A stretch of DNA of 64,000 nucleotides from contig OY782041.1 of the NCBI GenBank assembly GCA_963677595.1, forward strand, positions 3,104,001 through 3,168,000, written 5' to 3'. The position numbers and the translations under genes are program-made. Below, piece by piece: positions 61,034 to 64,000 of the stretch (position 1 is its first letter; the number at the start of each line of letters is the position of its first letter). Below the pieces are notes generated by a model. That model was given only the letters and a program-made list of their open reading frames with translations. It was not told where the DNA came from and searched no databases. Origin of the DNA: Spirochaetia bacterium (GTDB taxonomy: Bacteria > Spirochaetota > Spirochaetia > CAKZLE01).

Positions 61034-62641
61034 ATGAGATTGCACAGAGAGAGCCTTGCTGATACGGGTTTCTGGGAAGAGAGAGGTTATACCCTGCCGG
61101 GATTCGATGTGGAGACGGTGCGGAAGAGGACCCTGGAGGCACCTTCCTGGCTGCATGTCGGGGCGGGAAACATCTTCAGGATCTTCCCTGCTGCCCTGCA
61201 GCAGAAGCTGCTCGGCAATAGGAGTGTCGATACCGGTATCATCGTCACCGAGATGTACGATGAGCAGATCATAGACAGTGCCTTCACTGCATTCGACAAC
61301 CTCACGATCGCCGTGACCCTCGAGGCATCAGGCGAGCTGAAGAAGGAGATCCTCGGGAGCATCGTGGAAGCATTGAAGCCACGGGAGTCCTATAACGAGC
61401 TGAAGCGGGTCTTCTGTGCCCCCTCACTGCAGATGGTGAGCTTCACCATCACGGAGAAGGGGTATGCCGTGAAGGATTCCGAAGGGAAGGTCTTCCCCTG
61501 GATAGCCGCGGACCTCGGGATCGGGGAGGGGGAGATCCCTTCCACCACCATCGGTCTGGTCACCTGGCTCTGCTACCGGCGCTACCAGGAGGGACGGCAT
61601 CCCCTTGCCCTGGTCAGCATGGACAACTGCAGCCATAACGGGACGGTGCTCGAGGAAGCGGTACGCTTCTTTGCTGAGAGCTGGGTCTCCTCAGGTCTCT
61701 GTGATGCAGGCTTCCTCTCCTACCTGGGAGACCCTGCCGAAGTGTCGTTCCCCTGGAGCATGATCGACAAGATCACGCCGCGTCCGGCTGAGAGCATCAT
61801 CGCGGAGCTCGAGGGGGACGGGTTGGAAGACATGGGTCTCAAGCAGACTGACAAGCATACCTTCGTGGCCCCCTTCGTGAATGCGGAGAGTTCCCAGTAC
61901 CTCGCGATCGAGGAGTTGTTCCCCAACGGGAGGCCCCCGCTCGAAGAGGCCGGGGTGATCTTCTCAGACCGGGAGACGATCGACCGGATCGAGAAGATGA
62001 AGGTCTGCACCTGCCTGAACCCCCTGCATACCGTCCTCGCGGTGTTCGGCTGTCTCCTCGGGTACACGAGCATCTCGGATGAGATGGGAGACCCCATGCT
62101 GAAAGCCCTGGTCGAGCGGGTAGGCTATGATGAGGGACTCCCCGTCGTGGTCGACCCTGGCATCATGTCTGCTGAGGATTTCATCAATGACGCGATCAAC
62201 CTGAGGTTCCCAAACCCCTTCGTTCCTGATACCCCGCAGCGGATCGCCTCAGACACCTCGCTGAAGATCCCCGTCCGTTTCGGGGAGACCCTCAAGGCTT
62301 ACATCGCACGAGGCGAGAGAGACCTCGGGTTCCTGAGGTTCATCCCGCTGTTCTTTGCCGGATGGCTCCGGTACCTGATGGCCGTCGATGACCGTGGGGC
62401 TGCATTCGAGCAGAGCCCGGACCCGAATCTGCCGGAACTGCACGCACTGCTCAGTAGCATCTTCCTAGGTGAAGACGGTCCCTTCCATGACAGGCTCCAG
62501 CCCCTGCTCAGCCGTGCGGACATCTTCGGGATCGACCTCTATGAGTTCGGCCTGGGGACGAAGGTGGAAGAGTATTTCGCCCAGATGAACAGCGGCCCCC
62601 ATGCGATCAGGGAGACCCTGCAAAGATACCTGGGCTTGTGA
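61034..62641 (+). CDS. uxuB: Mannitol dehydrogenase-family protein (fructuronate reductase)
   Basis: H.GAGNIFR, SFTITEKGY, SMDNCSHNG, MIDKITPRP and RFPNPF..DTPQRIA.D motifs. Confidence 0.88.
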   Translation: MRLHRESLADTGFWEERGYTLPGFDVETVRKRTLEAPSWLHVGAGNIFRIFPAALQQKLLGNRSVDTGIIVTEMYDEQIIDSAFTAFDNLTIAVTLEASGELKKEILGSIVEALKPRESYNELKRVFCAPSLQMVSFTITEKGYAVKDSEGKVFPWIAADLGIGEGEIPSTTIGLVTWLCYRRYQEGRHPLALVSMDNCSHNGTVLEEAVRFFAESWVSSGLCDAGFLSYLGDPAEVSFPWSMIDKITPRPAESIIAELEGDGLEDMGLKQTDKHTFVAPFVNAESSQYLAIEELFPNGRPPLEEAGVIFSDRETIDRIEKMKVCTCLNPLHTVLAVFGCLLGYTSISDEMGDPMLKALVERVGYDEGLPVVVDPGIMSAEDFINDAINLRFPNPFVPDTPQRIASDTSLKIPVRFGETLKAYIARGERDLGFLRFIPLFFAGWLRYLMAVDDRGAAFEQSPDPNLPELHALLSSIFLGEDGPFHDRLQPLLSRADIFGIDLYEFGLGTKVEEYFAQMNSGPHAIRETLQRYLGL

Positions 62642-63001
62642 TCAGCTCTCCAGCTCGGCGAGCCTCATCGTGACCATGTCATGAAGCAGTCCCTCATCGA
62701 TTTCCCAGTCCACAGGGACGGTGAAGAGGTTCGCCTTGACCGTATAGCTTGAGAGGCGGTCAGCGAAGGCTGCCATCACCTCCTGGCTCCAGGGAGCCAG
62801 GGAGAGGTGTCCCTTCGCAGCTGACATACCGAAGACATACTTCCCCTTGAGGTGGATCTGCGGCACGTTCCAGGCGAGCTTGACCTCAAGAAGAGGGAAC
62901 TCACTGAGGATGCAGTCGATCACTGCCTTGAGCGTTGCCCCCTTGGGCGGCTCGAGTGACCCCAGATACTCATCTACCGTCGTGAACTTTGGTGCAGCCA
63001 T
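62642..63001 (-). CDS. DUF1801/YdhG-family protein
   Basis: TVDEYL...AWNVP...SAAKGHL..AP pattern; RBS ggagg. Confidence 0.85.
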   Translation of the reverse strand: MAAPKFTTVDEYLGSLEPPKGATLKAVIDCILSEFPLLEVKLAWNVPQIHLKGKYVFGMSAAKGHLSLAPWSQEVMAAFADRLSSYTVKANLFTVPVDWEIDEGLLHDMVTMRLAELES

Positions 63002-63115
63002 GGTTAGGACCTCCTGTCGTATGAACAATATACTCATACTCCCGTAGTAGTAGCAAATGATTTCCCCTTCAGTGTTCCCAGGCTGTCCACCAGCCTGTTC
63101 TATTACGCGTTTCGT

Positions 63116-63253
63116 CATGAAACATGTAAACAATTACAAATATTCATAGGAATAACTGTAAGAACTTACAAAATTACATAGGAAAAATTGTAAAACTTTA
63201 CAAAAATCCATAGGAAAGTTGACGTGAGGTTATCGCCGTGTTAGGATATAAGC
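63116..63253 (+). repeat. Tandem array with a 32-bp period and palindromic cores, adjoining a leaderless promoter
   Basis: cataggaa at 63145, 63177, 63209; tgtaaN4ttaca at 63125, 63157, 63189; TTGACG-17-TAGGAT-6-ATG. Confidence 0.85.
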
Positions 63254-64000
63254 ATGAAGAGGACGTTATATACAGCACTGACAGCCTGGAAGGAACGTAA
63301 TGACAGGAAGCCCCTCATACTCCGGGGGACCAGGCAGACAGGGAAGACCTATCTTCTGACAGAGTTCGGGAACCGTGAATTCCGCAAGCTGCATTACCTG
63401 AACTTCCAGAAGGACAGGACGCTGAACCAGTTGTTCGAAGGGAACCTGTCCCCTGGGCATCTTCTCGAGCTGATCGAGTTCGCCTTGAAGGATGATGTGA
63501 ACATCGGAGAGGACCTTCTGTTCTTTGATGAGATCCAGGATTGCCCGCGGGCGCTGACCAGCCTGAAATATTTCTGTGAAGATATGCCGCAGCTGGCTGT
63601 GGTGAGTGCCGGATCCCTCCTTGGCGTGGTTGGGGCAGCATCATCCTTCCCGGTAGGGAAGGTGAACTTCCTCGACCTCTATCCCATGTCCTTCGTTGAG
63701 TTCCTGGAGGCAATGGGCGAAAGTCGATCGGTCAAGGTCCTGGAAGAAGCCAGCCTGGGGACGAAGATCCCGCCCTTCATCCATGATACCATCATGGGGA
63801 TCCTCAAGGAATATATGGTAGTAGGGGGGATGCCGGAGATCGTAGCACTCTACCGCACTGGCCGGGCCTCTAAACGGCAGGTATATGTAGAAGTCCGTGA
63901 ACGGCAGCAGGAGCTGCTGAGCACGTACCTGGGTGATTTCTCGAAATACGCAGGGACTGCTCGAGCCAAGGAGCTCGTGGCAGTCTTTGAATCGATACCC
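63254..64000 (+). CDS. AAA_14 (+DUF4143) ATPase, truncated by window end (absent from the ORF track)
   Basis: Read by hand: MKRTLYTALTAWKERNDRKPLILRGTRQTGKTY...FFDEIQ...PMSF.EFL...GGMP. Confidence 0.9.
   Translation, partial: MKRTLYTALTAWKERNDRKPLILRGTRQTGKTYLLTEFGNREFRKLHYLNFQKDRTLNQLFEGNLSPGHLLELIEFALKDDVNIGEDLLFFDEIQDCPRALTSLKYFCEDMPQLAVVSAGSLLGVVGAASSFPVGKVNFLDLYPMSFVEFLEAMGESRSVKVLEEASLGTKIPPFIHDTIMGILKEYMVVGGMPEIVALYRTGRASKRQVYVEVRERQQELLSTYLGDFSKYAGTARAKELVAVFESIP

Overview
Bacterial chromosomal window, probably from a Spirochaetia member. This is inferred from the spirochaete-style export signals, e.g. 'VTAQGQKD' in the TRAP solute-binding protein and the 'LLSC' lipobox. It has three zones. 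(1) ~1-24.9 kb: an AT-rich Wzx/Wzy surface-polysaccharide locus (capD-like, wzi-like, priming transferase, glycosyltransferases, UDP-HexNAc dehydrogenase, wzy, wzx, rmlACBD, kdsB-like, DRE-TIM aldolase fusion, PfkB/KdgK-like kinase) carrying four IS elements. (2) ~25-54.5 kb: a defence/accessory island with a PHP-ATPase (Ppl/TrlF-like) plus Schlafen pair, RloAB (AbiL-like), a primase-helicase, two TA modules with dead toxins, three copies of a DUF1413 locus, an IS1634-like insertion splitting a gene, and a large lipoprotein. (3) ~54.5-64 kb: a GC-rich hexuronate utilisation cluster (GntR, TRAP, uxuA, uxuB). The main observation: seven P-loop ATPase-(wHTH)-nuclease genes (AAA_14/DUF4143 and ATPase_2/DUF234 types) lie within ~27 kb. 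All six with intact ATPase motifs have their own phased repeat array or palindrome directly upstream, on or beside a sigma70-type promoter in five cases, and the repeat period tracks the protein subfamily. The one motif-degenerate paralogue has no array. No rRNA, tRNA or CRISPR array was recognised. Domain assignments come from motif recognition by eye, not from database searches.
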